A stretch of DNA of 33,601 nt from Craspedostauros australis (taxonomy: Eukaryota). Under the pieces are notes generated by a model that did not search any database, had not been told where the DNA came from, and was given only the letters and a program-made list of their open reading frames with translations. Within the stretch, counting starts at the first letter, position 1, and every line of letters starts with the position of its first letter. The translations under genes and the position numbers were made by a program. This document shows, in pieces, positions 1-10,867 of this stretch. The stretch spans positions 1-33,601 of the forward strand of contig JALAGF010001079.1 in the NCBI GenBank assembly GCA_030167865.1. Reading direction: 5' to 3'.

Positions 1-481
1 CACTGATAGCCACTCGTCCGGATGCACTGTTTATTTTTAATTTTAAACGATGTGTTGTTGAGATATAACATCATAAGCAGTTGTGTGGATGGTTTTGGAT
101 GTGCTCTATTTTAGTCTACTTTATCACGACTCATCACGAGTAAAACTCAAAAAACACTCCACAACTAGTGCTATCGCGACACCGTTTTACATTGAGTGCA
201 GGTCGTAATGTTGATGCGGACTGTCTATCTTCGTAAATCGCGACGGACACAGCGGAAACAACGCAGACTCGTGAAATCAAGACTTCTCTTCTACTCGTAA
301 TAATATAATGTTATTCTCTACTCTGCCATTGCGCGACGCATAGGGTTCCTTTTCTTGCGCAGTGCCGTGCCCAACCACGCTTCGAACATTCCTCGTCACC
401 TGGAATGTACATAAAACTATTCCGATGGATGTGCATTGAAGGCGTGCTTCCAGAACCACAGCATCCTGAATAGCAGTTCGG

Positions 482-2230
482 TCAGTGGGAAGGACAGAAG
501 CTACCAAAGTGGCGACTGATCAAGGCTCTCAATTCCTTTTCCAATTCTTGCACAAGTTGGCGTTGAGTGTCACAGTTATGGTACCAGTTGACACGCACTA
601 GCCCCAAGCATTGGGCCGAATCCTTGAGCACCATCACATCTTCTGACAAGACCCGGTGGTCGGAAGATCCACCCAGCCGTGCGACGAGTATGCACTCGTA
701 CCCATAGCCACCACCTGAAGCGTATGCGGTCGTGCGAGCCGTGTAAACTCCATCTCCGAGACTGGTGCCGGTGAGTTTCGGATTGATACACTTTGCAGCT
801 AGGTCGCGTCTATTGAGTAGACCATGACGCTGAATGGTTTCCATGTGCTCAGACCGGGTGAAATGATACCCCAGATCGACGGTGGTGGAACACCCGCTCT
901 CTTTGTCGAATTCGGATCGTTTCAACATGAATTTCTTGGTGAGCGCGTGGCAATGATCTGGAGACATCAACCGCATTTGACGACTTGCGGCCAAACCAAA
1001 CGCCAGGCCATGCTTTGCGTTGAATCTTTTCACAACACCTTTCAGATCAGCGACAAAGTTTTCAGCCTTGCCGTCGATCGTTTCAGAGCGGGGCAGAGCT
1101 GGAGCTTGCGTTTGCGCCTGCTGGCACACTGCCACGGCCATCATCTTGCTTTGTCGTCCTGCTGAACCTGCACTACACTTTGACTTCTCGGTTTTGTTGT
1201 CGGGTCTTGCTCTCGCGGGGGCTGTCTGAGATGCAACAGTCGGGCCTGGAGGAGTGCTTGATGGTATAGGCACAGCACGTCGGACGAGCGAGGGTGATCG
1301 TTTTCGTATGTTGAGTCTCTTGGCTTTATGATCCAGCTCTCTGCCACTTCGCAAAATGAGCTTGTTCGGCTTGGCGGACGCAAGCGAATGGACCAGGCCT
1401 GGGTTCAACCGCAGACTGAATCGTCTGGGCTTGGCGGGTGCAGGTGGTGGCCGTGTCCGTGGACGCGAGAGCTTCGTTTTCGCCACGAGCGCAGCGTTTC
1501 CACCGTTGCTGCAAATACGACGAGCCCGCGGTTTCGTCGTTGGGAGCATCGATGTACTTCTTAGACTCGAACCGGTGTTTACACGATGCGGCAAGGGTCG
1601 GAGTGTTCTCGTAGATGCTGTGGATCTTGTCATGTCCGAGGATCGTGGCAACGCCATCTTCGTTTGGCCCGTTGCCGTGAACGCAGAAACAGACCGAACA
1701 AGTCCTTTGCGACCAATAGCCGTCGTTGATATCGCCAGGCTTGGCCCTGTCTTCACCTGCAAGAGCTTGCGTGGTGTACTCGTCATTCTTGATGTCAGTT
1801 GATTGCCCGATTGGAGACTCAGTATGACACCCCTGCGGAGGCAAGAAGTGAATGGAAGGCCTTTGCCGGGTCGTCCCAGGGATCCTCTGCTGGATCTCTG
1901 ACCGCCGCTTGCACCTGCTGCGGTTGCTGGCTTGAAGAAAGGCAGCAACTTCTTCCCGCTCTTCAGTTGCATCGGTTTCTGAACCTTCATTCCGAACTGC
2001 CGATTCGATGCTGATGTCCGGCTCTCGTGGACCTGGTCCGTAGGCATGGCACGGTGACCGAGGCGAAGCTTGTTGGCGGTGGTCCGAGTAAACAGAGGGC
2101 GTGCCATCTTCAACCGTGCGAGGGTCGGTGATCGAAATGATAGCGTTGATCGGAATGGTGGCGATGACAGCGATGATATCGCCGGCTGGCGCGATAGCCG
2201 ACCGCCCGAACGTCGTCGTGTCCACGGCAT
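482..2230 (-). CDS. PARP-like (ARTD-type) ADP-ribosyltransferase domain protein with long basic, disordered N-terminus (~582 aa)
   Basis: Single long ORF; first ATG at 2230 (the ORF-track start at 2344 is TTG). The C-terminal region has GYHFT...IQRHGL...GTSLGDGVYTA...ILVARL...VMVLKDSAQ, matching the PARP catalytic-fold pattern HG(T/S)...I...G...G.G(I/V)Y.A...(I/V)VY...Q. Confidence 0.7.
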   Translation of the reverse strand: MPWTRRRSGGRLSRQPAISSLSSPPFRSTLSFRSPTLARLKMARPLFTRTTANKLRLGHRAMPTDQVHESRTSASNRQFGMKVQKPMQLKSGKKLLPFFKPATAAGASGGQRSSRGSLGRPGKGLPFTSCLRRGVILSLQSGNQLTSRMTSTPRKLLQVKTGPSLAISTTAIGRKGLVRSVSAFTATGQTKMALPRSSDMTRSTASTRTLRPLPHRVNTGSSLRSTSMLPTTKPRARRICSNGGNAALVAKTKLSRPRTRPPPAPAKPRRFSLRLNPGLVHSLASAKPNKLILRSGRELDHKAKRLNIRKRSPSLVRRAVPIPSSTPPGPTVASQTAPARARPDNKTEKSKCSAGSAGRQSKMMAVAVCQQAQTQAPALPRSETIDGKAENFVADLKGVVKRFNAKHGLAFGLAASRQMRLMSPDHCHALTKKFMLKRSEFDKESGCSTTVDLGYHFTRSEHMETIQRHGLLNRRDLAAKCINPKLTGTSLGDGVYTARTTAYASGGGYGYECILVARLGGSSDHRVLSEDVMVLKDSAQCLGLVRVNWYHNCDTQRQLVQELEKELRALISRHFGSFCPSH

Positions 2231-3316
2231 GGCTCTCCAGCTGTAGTTCGGTGTACTCTGCTGCTGAGATTTTATGTTTGTGAACACCTTGATATGATTC
2301 CGCTCGTCGATCTGCTTGTCATTGTCGCGGTTGGTTCGTCTCAAACCGTGGCTCCCTTTGATTCATGGTAGCTCCGCGTGGCCACGATGCAGCAGTCTCA
2401 CATGCAACGAATCGGTCGTAGCAGCCACGAAATGAACACGATTCTGTCCCACACTGAACGTCCGAACAGAAAGTGCAGTAGCTTTGCCAATTTCGAGAAT
2501 CTATCGTGCTCGATTGGTGCTTCTGTCTCCACGCTCCACGCAATCGAGCAGCGAACATGTGGTTGACATTCCGAATCCTCTTCCTCTTCGATACATGCAA
2601 CATCGAAAGCCGAGTTGCGGAGTACTCTTTCCTCGTCGTGTGTCATTCCCACGGTCGAGCACTGCGTGGAAACGCACACCTCAGAAGTGCTATCTGTTTC
2701 GCCAGTGAATGACGTGATTTCTTGCGCACGAGTATGGTGGACTACTCGTACGAGTATTGTCCGTAGCCGTCGTATTCAATCATGCCTCCATCTGCTGCTC
2801 TTGTCGTGGAGAGCCACGTAGCTCGTACAGCCGCCACAGCTGCAGAAATGAATTCTTTGATTGGATCGAAATGATTCCAACGATGGCACCGCTAAATGAG
2901 ACCATCAAATGCCACAGAGCCAATGGATGGTTGGATGCTCGCCAATGATACCTGGAACGCATGCCATATCATCTTGGCGACGGTAACGCAGAGACGACAA
3001 CCTCTCTTGTGTTCATGGTGCGGAGCAACCACAGTCGCGATCTTTATGATTGTGACATCAGCGTTGCACGGGACGAACTGGTTGAGGAATGAGAACTGCC
3101 ACAAACGTCATTTTGGCGCGCCAAATGACTAATTCGACCCAAATGAGCCATCACACAAACCAACGCACAAAAAATGAGATGTTCGCGTCATGTTGCAACA
3201 AACACACACATCGTAGCCATCACCTTCGCTCCCGAGCAGTCATCATGGCCATCACCGCACAAGGTTGAATAGAATATCCACCGGCCCTTCCGACAGTGTT
3301 CCCAAGCGAATCGAAG

Positions 3317-4528
3317 ATGGGGTTGTCATGGGTGGCCCCGGTGATGGTCTTGGCGGTGACGACATTGCACCATGGCGTTGCCGCTTTGGACCTGAAACCA
3401 TCTGCAGATCAATTGCGTTGTGTGAATCCATCACATCTTCCATCATCTGATGCACCCATACCGACACGCTTGATGCCAACATCATGCTCATCGCGACGCC
3501 AGATGTTTGATGATCTCATTGCGAGGGGTGCGATATGTGCGAGCATCACGATGGTGGTAGGATCGACGCTGAGGGGCGGACCAGCCAACGCCATGACTGG
3601 CGATGATTCGATGCAGATGTCATCAACAGCATCAACAAGAACATCATCAACGGCAACATCGACGTCGTCGTCACCGTCGTCGTCGTCAGTCACGAAACCG
3701 TATGCCAGCATCGAAGCGTTGCTGCCTGCCACTCGAGTGAGATGCTGGATTGACGAAACGTTGAACCTCGCGCAGCACATTCGGTCCATGAACGATGGCG
3801 TCGTTCCAAATGGAGAGAATGACAAAACCGAGTCGGCGGAAATATCGGGAGCAACGGACGCGCCGCTTGGTGACGCCGCAGCATTGAAGCGATTGAGCAG
3901 GTTGCTGGTGACCCCGCCCAACTTCAACGAAGGCTACGGATACATATCGCAACCAGTCCCGCAATCCCCGGCCAAACAGTACGTGGATGCGTACCGCAAG
4001 AAGCGCGACGGGCTCAACATACTGGCCCAACCCGGTGCGATGCTGGTGCAGAGCGGCGAAATTGACACGTGGAAACGACTGAAGCGCCAGGAACGACGTC
4101 GCGAGCTGGAGGATGAGACGGGCATCCGCGCCGCCATGAATGCCTACACGTCGTCGCTGTCCTTCAGCGCCGATTCGTACGTGCTGAACCTTCCCAAAAC
4201 GGAGCGATCCCAAATGATCCGCGAAGAGCGCTTGCCGGATGTGAAGCAGGTGATCGCCAGCGATATGGGCCTTCGATTGCTGTATCGCAATGAGGTGCTG
4301 ACGGGTGTGGAGGACGCGATTTCGGAAATGAAGTACCAGCTGAAGGATTGCAAGGGAGATCTGAACGCTGTGGTGGTGGATGATATCATTGCGTCACTGA
4401 AGGATGCGCAATCCGCCTGCAAGATGTGGTTCACCTTGATCGATCCAAGCGATGTTGAGGCCGCAATGTCACAAGTTGAAAGTGAAAGCAGGAATCCAGT
4501 GTGGAGTGGAGTAGGCGATAGCATTTGA
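3317..4528 (+). CDS. Nuclear-encoded plastid protein, predicted thylakoid lumen (Tat substrate), function unknown (~403 aa)
   Basis: ATG at 3317. Hydrophobic signal peptide ending VAA-L, then an S/P/T-rich transit region, then SRRQMF + hydrophobic stretch + ANA cleavage site, then an S/T linker and a helical mature domain. Confidence 0.75.
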   Translation: MGLSWVAPVMVLAVTTLHHGVAALDLKPSADQLRCVNPSHLPSSDAPIPTRLMPTSCSSRRQMFDDLIARGAICASITMVVGSTLRGGPANAMTGDDSMQMSSTASTRTSSTATSTSSSPSSSSVTKPYASIEALLPATRVRCWIDETLNLAQHIRSMNDGVVPNGENDKTESAEISGATDAPLGDAAALKRLSRLLVTPPNFNEGYGYISQPVPQSPAKQYVDAYRKKRDGLNILAQPGAMLVQSGEIDTWKRLKRQERRRELEDETGIRAAMNAYTSSLSFSADSYVLNLPKTERSQMIREERLPDVKQVIASDMGLRLLYRNEVLTGVEDAISEMKYQLKDCKGDLNAVVVDDIIASLKDAQSACKMWFTLIDPSDVEAAMSQVESESRNPVWSGVGDSI

Positions 4529-4789
4529 AGTACCGTGCAGAACTTGCATGCAATGTGGCAATACTTGAGTAGGACAAGCGGTTGTTGGCCTCTCTCGCTA
4601 GAGAGAGAGTGAGGGATAGACACGTCCTTCTACACTGCAGTTCATAGAACCGCTTGGAGTTGTTCATTTTGCGAGATTTATTTAATCCGTTGAGTCGGAC
4701 TTGTTGGATCCAAGTTGTCCGAAAGATTCTTCGTCGGGGTTCGATGCTGAACGAAAAGGCGAGAAACACGAGAGAGACCGATCAAACCG

Positions 4790-4812
4790 ACAACAACAAC
4801 AACAACATCAAC
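4790..4812 (+). repeat. (AAC)n microsatellite in the A/C-rich leader upstream of proteasome beta1
   Basis: acaacaacaacaacaacatcaac seen directly. Confidence 0.7.
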
Positions 4813-5003
4813 CAAAAGGAGCAAGCAAAGCAAATCGACGAGCCAGATCAACTCCATCAGCAACAAGAAAGCAACCCAAACCAGACCGAGCCAAGTCAAG
4901 TCAAGAGTGAAGCACAACAGCACTCCGGCAACACAAGCGAGACAAGGATAGAAGTGAAGTCGACGGAAATATTATAGAAGCAAAGCAAAGAAGCAAGGCA
5001 ACA

Positions 5004-6048
5004 ATGGCATCTCTGCACGGCATGATCCCACAGAACCAGGCAATGCCCGGTGAATACCCAGGCCTCAAGCCTGGCGAAGTGTCCACAGGAACCACCATCC
5101 TCGCGCTGCCATTCGATGGTGGCGTGGTGGTGTGCGCGGATTCTCGGACTTCCACGGGAACCTACGTTGCCAACCGAGTGTCAGACAAGCTGGTGCAGCT
5201 CTCCGACTACATCTACTGCTGCCGCAGCGGAAGCGCAGCCGACACTCAGGCATTGACGGACTACGTCCACAACTACCTTTCGCAGCTGGAGTACGTACCG
5301 CGGCGTTCGACTCTCTGGCTGCTCATGGTCCTGTTCATGTGTCTGCCCTGTTGCTTATGTGCCGAGGAGGGTGCCAGGAGGAGCCGCTGCAGTTGGCCAA
5401 TGTTGGATACTGTGTTGGATACTGCGTTGGTTTGACGTTTGCTTCCGACGATGCACATTCACGTGCTTGCATGCCAGAAATGCGTGATCAACTCAGTTCG
5501 TCTGGTCTTTCCATTCTGACCTCCCCATCTTTGCTCTTCTCTTTCCCTTCCTTCACTCATCGTTCATCGTTCATGGCTTTCTTGTGAAACTTGTCTCCTG
5601 CCCTGATGACATGCAACCCAACCCAACCCAACACAGGCTGACAACGGGCAGACAACCAACCGTGAAGGTCGCCGCTCATCTGATGCGCCGGTTGATCTAC
5701 AATAACAAGGACAATCTGATGGCAGGCGTGATCATTGCCGGATGGGACGAGGTCGATGGCGGATCCATCTACAACATCACGTTGGGAGGAACTGCGCTCA
5801 AGATGCCATACGCCATCGGCGGATCGGGAAGCATCTTCATCACCGGATTCCTGGACTCAGAATTCCGTGCTGGAATGTCGGAAGACGAGGCGCGGGCGCT
5901 TGCCAAGAAGGCGTGCTCTCATGCCATGACGCGGGATGGATCCAGCGGTGGCGTCATCCGAACTGTCCGCATCAGCGAGCAGGGCGTCGATCGCGATTAC
6001 ACCCGCGGAGATCAGCTTCCATTCGGACCCACTGTACCCATGTTTTAG
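5004..6048 (+). CDS. PSMB6: 20S proteasome subunit beta type-1 (yeast Pre3 / human PSMB6); exons 5004-5290 and 5637-6048; 232 aa
   Basis: Propeptide junction [11 protein letters not shown] with catalytic Thr1; [48 protein letters not shown]. Splicing joins ga+g (Glu) in frame. Confidence 0.96.
5291..5636 (+). other. Spliceosomal intron (346 bp) in proteasome beta1
   Basis: GTACGT donor, ACACAG acceptor; removal restores the conserved reading frame ([14 protein letters not shown]). Confidence 0.92.
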
Positions 6049-6343
6049 ATCCCATGTGCATCCGTTGCCATTTACCATACTCGTAGTGAACGTGCCTACT
6101 CGTACTACCTGCAATTATCGTTTTCTCTCTGTTAGGTTATGTTCCGCTTTTCAAGCGAGAACATTCTTCGGAGCGTTGCAGAGTGAGTATCGTACTCCCT
6201 GTTGTAAGTCGTAGTGAGCTTTCTCCAGAATACTAGGCTGTGCGGAACGAAGACGTATCGCGTCATTATATGTATCCAACAGCGATCACAACCACCAATG
6301 TACCTCCAGCCATCAAATCGCTTGCCATGATCTCCAGAGAGTC

Positions 6344-9300
6344 CTAAATCATCAGCTTATCTATGCCTTCTTCGTCGCTGCTATCGTCATGCACGACCAC
6401 TCCCACGTCCATGTCCACTTCTACCCCAATGTCCATTAGATTATCGATCTCCACGACGCTCTCCGCCTCGATGCGATCGGCATGCGCAATCTCCTCCGCC
6501 ATGCTCCGGGGTCCCCACTGCTGCTCCTCCAGCGCTTGAATGTAACGCAGCAACTCCGTCTCCCGTTCCTTCTTTTCCATCTTCAGCTTGGCCAGCTTCC
6601 ACCGCAGCTGCTGCATGGTGCCACCGTAGCACTTCTTCGTTGCGTCCAACTCCTGACGCGAACGCTGCTCGTTCGACAGAGAAGTCTGCAACACGTCGTG
6701 CATCTGCCCCAGCCTCTCCTGCAACCGGGCGATTGCCTTCTGGTGCTTGCTGAAACGTTTCCAAAAGAAGAAGCCGCAGCGTCGACCACGATCTGTCAGC
6801 GCCATGTCATCGAATTGCGCAGACAACGATGAATGGAGGGATCGTTCGATGCGTGGCGGGCTGGATGGGAACATGTGATGTGCGTCCCACGGCAGAGAAT
6901 CCTCATCTTCGGTTTCGTCGTCGTCGTCGTGCGACGTCGTTGGTTCGTCGCGATGCGACAGCAGCCACGATGGCCGCGATGATGGAAGGTGTCGCGGACG
7001 GTACGATCGCTGCGCGTGATGAAAGTCGGGGTCGGATGTATCTGCCAATACATCTCGATCGACCTGTCTTTGCAGATGAGATATGCGGGAACCTGCTCGT
7101 TGGGTGTGACGTGTCGTTGAGGTATGGCCGAAGCCATCGTCGGTAACGCCAGCATCCTTGAGATCGCTGCGGACCATGTGGGCGTTATCAGTGCTGGCAG
7201 CCACCGTGGTAGACCTGCTGCCAAACATAGCGCCCATCGGTCTATCCGCATCCGAACGCGCTGTTCTCGCCTTGGATATTGCGGTGGGAAACTTGGGGAG
7301 GCGTGGCAGGGCGTCGAGTCCACCGCAGCCGTAGGAGGCAGGGATATCCTCAAAAACTGTGAAGATCGCCTCAGCTGCGCCGTCTTTTCGTTTTGTCGAC
7401 TTTTGCAACGTGAGCGAAGCGTGGAGATCTTGGGTACGAGTATGTTGTTGATGGTCCACATCCAAGAGTTGCGCTTGCCTCTCTGAGGGAATTGGCGTGT
7501 CAATGGCGTCCCTGGATGATTCGGGTGTGCGAGCATCGTGGTGCGAGAGACCATCTGAGAAGTTGATGAATCCGGTGGATGGTGTGACTGTCGCAACAGC
7601 AGTTGGAACGTTCTGATCCACAAACTTCAGCGGGGAGTGTCGCATGGTTTGGACCCGCCTATCCAGTCCAAGGTCATCTTCTTCCAACACCGATGGATTC
7701 AGTCTGGGATTCCTTGCGATACCTTCTTGAAGGCTCGTGCGTTGAGACAGGATCTCTTCAAAAGTCGAATCATCGTCACGATGCGCGACGATGTCGAACA
7801 TGTTGTCCACGCACGTCTGCAAGTCCTCCTTGAGCTTTTCCACGTCTGCTTGGAACAGATCGCGTTCCAATTCCACCTGGGCTATGTGGCCATCGCGTTG
7901 ATTCAGCTCGCTGTGCAGCTTGTTGATCTCTACGGACCGATCATCCAGAGCACGTGATGCGGTCGCAAGTTCCGTCCGCAACGTGCTGAGTTGGTCGAGC
8001 GCCATGACGATGTTCACTCTCGACGCCTCCTTACGAATGCCTTGGATGGCGTTCGCGATCTCGCTGTCTGTTCCATCAAAATCGAATTGGACAGAGTCGC
8101 TGTCATCGATTTGCTTATCATCCTCGTTGTTGCTCTTGCCGTTGCCGTTGCCGTTGATGGTGGCGGTAACGTTGTGAATGTTGTCGATGATGCCAACCTT
8201 GTCGTTGTGACCGAGTTCGTTTGCTGCCTTGCCGTCTCGAGCAGTCTCATGAGGTTCGTGGGAGGGGAGCGAATCTGATCCTGCGATGGAACGAGATGCT
8301 TGTGGTTGTCTCAAGCCTGGTGTTGAAAGGATGTGACGGATTTCGTCGTCGTTTTCATACAACGGCGCAGCTAAGAGCGCCGTGAAACGCTCCAACTCTT
8401 CGATCGTCTGATCGATGGAATGGTCGCATTCAGTCCCCACAGTGGTGGATGTCGATGTGTTGATCTGGTCCAGACCAGGCGGTGAATGTGTTGCACATGC
8501 CATGTCAAGTGTCGAAGTGGTACACGTGCTGAGCGTTGTCGCATACGTGCTGCCTTTCGTGTCAGACGAGATGGAGTTCTGATCGAAACACTGCGCACCG
8601 TTCAGATCGTCGTCGTCCCGCTGTGGATCTTGATGGTGGTAGCGGTCGTGATGGTGATGATCTTCTGATCCGGATAGTGATGGTTTGGACGGTGTATGCG
8701 GTAAAGGTGACTTTCCGTCTCGACTGTCAAGAACAATTTTGTCGCCATGTATGGAGGCCATGACCTGGCCTTGCTGCTTGAAAAGCTGCTGGAGGCAGCA
8801 GGCATCGTTCCATCGGTGTTGCAGCATCTGGAGCTGCTGGTTGTACCCATCGTACTGGTTGATGGACTCAATCAACGAGGATCGTTCGGAGGCTCCGGAT
8901 GTCACCGAAGGTTCTGCAAGAGGTTCTGCCGAATGCACTTGAAGTTCAGGTTCATCCGTCGTTGCCAATGTCGGGTGGAAGGATGGTGGGCGTTTGTCAG
9001 TGCTCCGGGTGTTGTGCAAACGCTGGTTTTTATCCTTCCGAGTCAAACGTGAGCGTGTTCGGGACTTTCGCGCACGCGGCGCCTTGGTCCCCGCCATCGT
9101 GTGCGGCCCTGGGATGTTGGCAGATGCTGGGGTCTGACCTCGTTCAGCGATTGCATCCAGCAGCGACAGCGATACGAATGATGGCGACGGTCGCACTGTG
9201 ACGGCTGATGGCAGTCGAGAATATGTTGTTTCCTTCGGGTACACTGTTGCGCAGAGTGCAGGAATGATACCCTTGTCCTTTTCGTCCTTGTTGTCTTTGT

Positions 9301-9565
9301 TATATCTGCTTCTGCTTCTGCTTCTGGTGCTGCTCATTATTTGTATGTTCCTGCAACCACGAGGAAATGCTGTCTCTGCTCCTTGCTCAGTGTGTCGATG
9401 CTGCGATCTCCTTGCTGTGCGTGTTGCGTCGAGAAGACTGCTAACTGTGCTGTCCACCACAGCATCTTCCTTTTCAAGTTGCTGCTGCTGCGTCGAATCA
9501 CGCCAGATAGCTTTCAGTGAACACCCGTAGCTGGACGCGACCGTATCTGCTTGAGTATTGCACAT
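6344..9565 (-). CDS. Large, mostly disordered protein with coiled-coil segments, function unknown
   Basis: Uninterrupted ORF over 1000 codons. Heptad-like segments (LDQLSTLRTELATASRALDDRSVEINKLHSELNQRD...; IARLQERLGQMHDVLQ...LAKLKMEKKERETELLRYIQALEE). Start uncertain: ATG 9565 chosen, but an upstream in-frame ATG at 9853 and later ATGs are possible. Confidence 0.75.
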   Translation of the reverse strand: MCNTQADTVASSYGCSLKAIWRDSTQQQQLEKEDAVVDSTVSSLLDATRTARRSQHRHTEQGAETAFPRGCRNIQIMSSTRSRSRSRYNKDNKDEKDKGIIPALCATVYPKETTYSRLPSAVTVRPSPSFVSLSLLDAIAERGQTPASANIPGPHTMAGTKAPRARKSRTRSRLTRKDKNQRLHNTRSTDKRPPSFHPTLATTDEPELQVHSAEPLAEPSVTSGASERSSLIESINQYDGYNQQLQMLQHRWNDACCLQQLFKQQGQVMASIHGDKIVLDSRDGKSPLPHTPSKPSLSGSEDHHHHDRYHHQDPQRDDDDLNGAQCFDQNSISSDTKGSTYATTLSTCTTSTLDMACATHSPPGLDQINTSTSTTVGTECDHSIDQTIEELERFTALLAAPLYENDDEIRHILSTPGLRQPQASRSIAGSDSLPSHEPHETARDGKAANELGHNDKVGIIDNIHNVTATINGNGNGKSNNEDDKQIDDSDSVQFDFDGTDSEIANAIQGIRKEASRVNIVMALDQLSTLRTELATASRALDDRSVEINKLHSELNQRDGHIAQVELERDLFQADVEKLKEDLQTCVDNMFDIVAHRDDDSTFEEILSQRTSLQEGIARNPRLNPSVLEEDDLGLDRRVQTMRHSPLKFVDQNVPTAVATVTPSTGFINFSDGLSHHDARTPESSRDAIDTPIPSERQAQLLDVDHQQHTRTQDLHASLTLQKSTKRKDGAAEAIFTVFEDIPASYGCGGLDALPRLPKFPTAISKARTARSDADRPMGAMFGSRSTTVAASTDNAHMVRSDLKDAGVTDDGFGHTSTTRHTQRAGSRISHLQRQVDRDVLADTSDPDFHHAQRSYRPRHLPSSRPSWLLSHRDEPTTSHDDDDETEDEDSLPWDAHHMFPSSPPRIERSLHSSLSAQFDDMALTDRGRRCGFFFWKRFSKHQKAIARLQERLGQMHDVLQTSLSNEQRSRQELDATKKCYGGTMQQLRWKLAKLKMEKKERETELLRYIQALEEQQWGPRSMAEEIAHADRIEAESVVEIDNLMDIGVEVDMDVGVVVHDDSSDEEGIDKLMI

Positions 9566-10867
9566 GGTGTGCTTCCAACCACTTTGGCCGCTTCCCCGGG
9601 GTGTGTTCGACAACACGGACGACGTATGTGCTTCTCCAAAGCGCGATGCAAAGACTGGCCCGCAGCGAGAGAGAGAGAGAGCAGAAGGTATTGAAACGCG
9701 CGAGAATGGAAAGTGGTGAAGATGTTCGCTCGTGGGTGACTGAAAGGCATCCGAGCAGCTTGCACCAGCCAACCAGCAACGTATGGGATGACATGGCCAA
9801 CGGACGCACACATTCACGCGCGCATTGAGCTTCATGTGAGACTCCGCCTTCATTTCAAGTCACCATTCGCTCATCCCGTTCGCGTCCGCATCATGCGTTC
9901 CAAGCACATCCTTGCTTCCGTTTTCACGCCCACGGTCACGCCCACGCTCAAACACAGCGTATCAGTATGGATTGTATGTGTAGTTGTAGTAGGCAACACA
10001 GAACCAACCGACGATTACCGTCCGCACAATCCTTCGTGTTTGCAAATCGTGAAGCAGCTTCACGAAACTGCGGCGCCAACCACACGAATGGCCCTGAAGG
10101 ATCACACACGATCGATGGAAACGTCAGCCACTCGTTTGAGCGTCATGCGATGATTTGCGCACATCGGGACGAGCGTTCATCACAAGAAGGCCATGGTGAC
10201 ATTGTTTGTGGGTGTGCCGTTGGTGGAGGGCCACTGCTGAAATTGTGTGTCTGTGATCTTGGTGGATTTTGTGGCAGATGGTTGATCGTGTTGACGAATG
10301 ATTCTCTCTGTGGGAGTCCATTGAGTCAACTTTCTGTCTAAAAGTTGAGGTAAACTTGTCTTCACCGACTTTAATTCGTTTCGCAAGTGAACTCACGCGA
10401 ACAGGGTACGATTGATGTGTGAATCGGGCGAAAGAACAAAGGCTTCACGAAGTAATTGCGCAACATGCTCATTCGTCCAATTTAGCCCGTGTGTGGTCTT
10501 AAATAGCAAATCAACAAGCGTTCCAGTAACATTCACTGGCCTAAAGGTGGTGCAGTCTGGCAAGGTTCGCTGTCTTGGAACGGAACAATACGGAAAACGC
10601 CGATGTTGGGATTGGATTTCGCATTTAGCCGCTCGGAGAGCAGAGTACGACCTACTCTTCTGGAACTTCTGCGTCTGCAGAGCAGCAGAGACAATTGGAG
10701 CTGTGCAACTACAGTTCCATTCATCGTGGAGTGGATGCTCCGTGCTTGTCCGAGCGTAAGAACACCCTCGTCCGCTGACTTGGCTGGAATTGGTTTCGTC
10801 GCTATCCATTCTGCATGGTGCCCACAAAAAATAATATCCTCCACTTTTGAGAGCAGCACCCTTCAAC

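Noticed and set aside
1326-2225. 299-aa overlapping ORF on the same strand as the PARP-like gene (possible frameshift or dual coding)
   Set aside because: Starts at GTG; its I/A/V-rich stretches are what a shifted Ser-rich frame produces; the main frame is open from ATG 2230 to the catalytic domain.
4654-4977. 107-aa N/Q-rich ORF upstream of proteasome beta1
   Set aside because: TTG start; composition explained by the A/C-rich leader sequence.
5291-5435. Hydrophobic C-terminal extension ([15 protein letters not shown]...) of proteasome exon 1
   Set aside because: Read-through into the intron; a canonical GT-AG splice restores the conserved protein.
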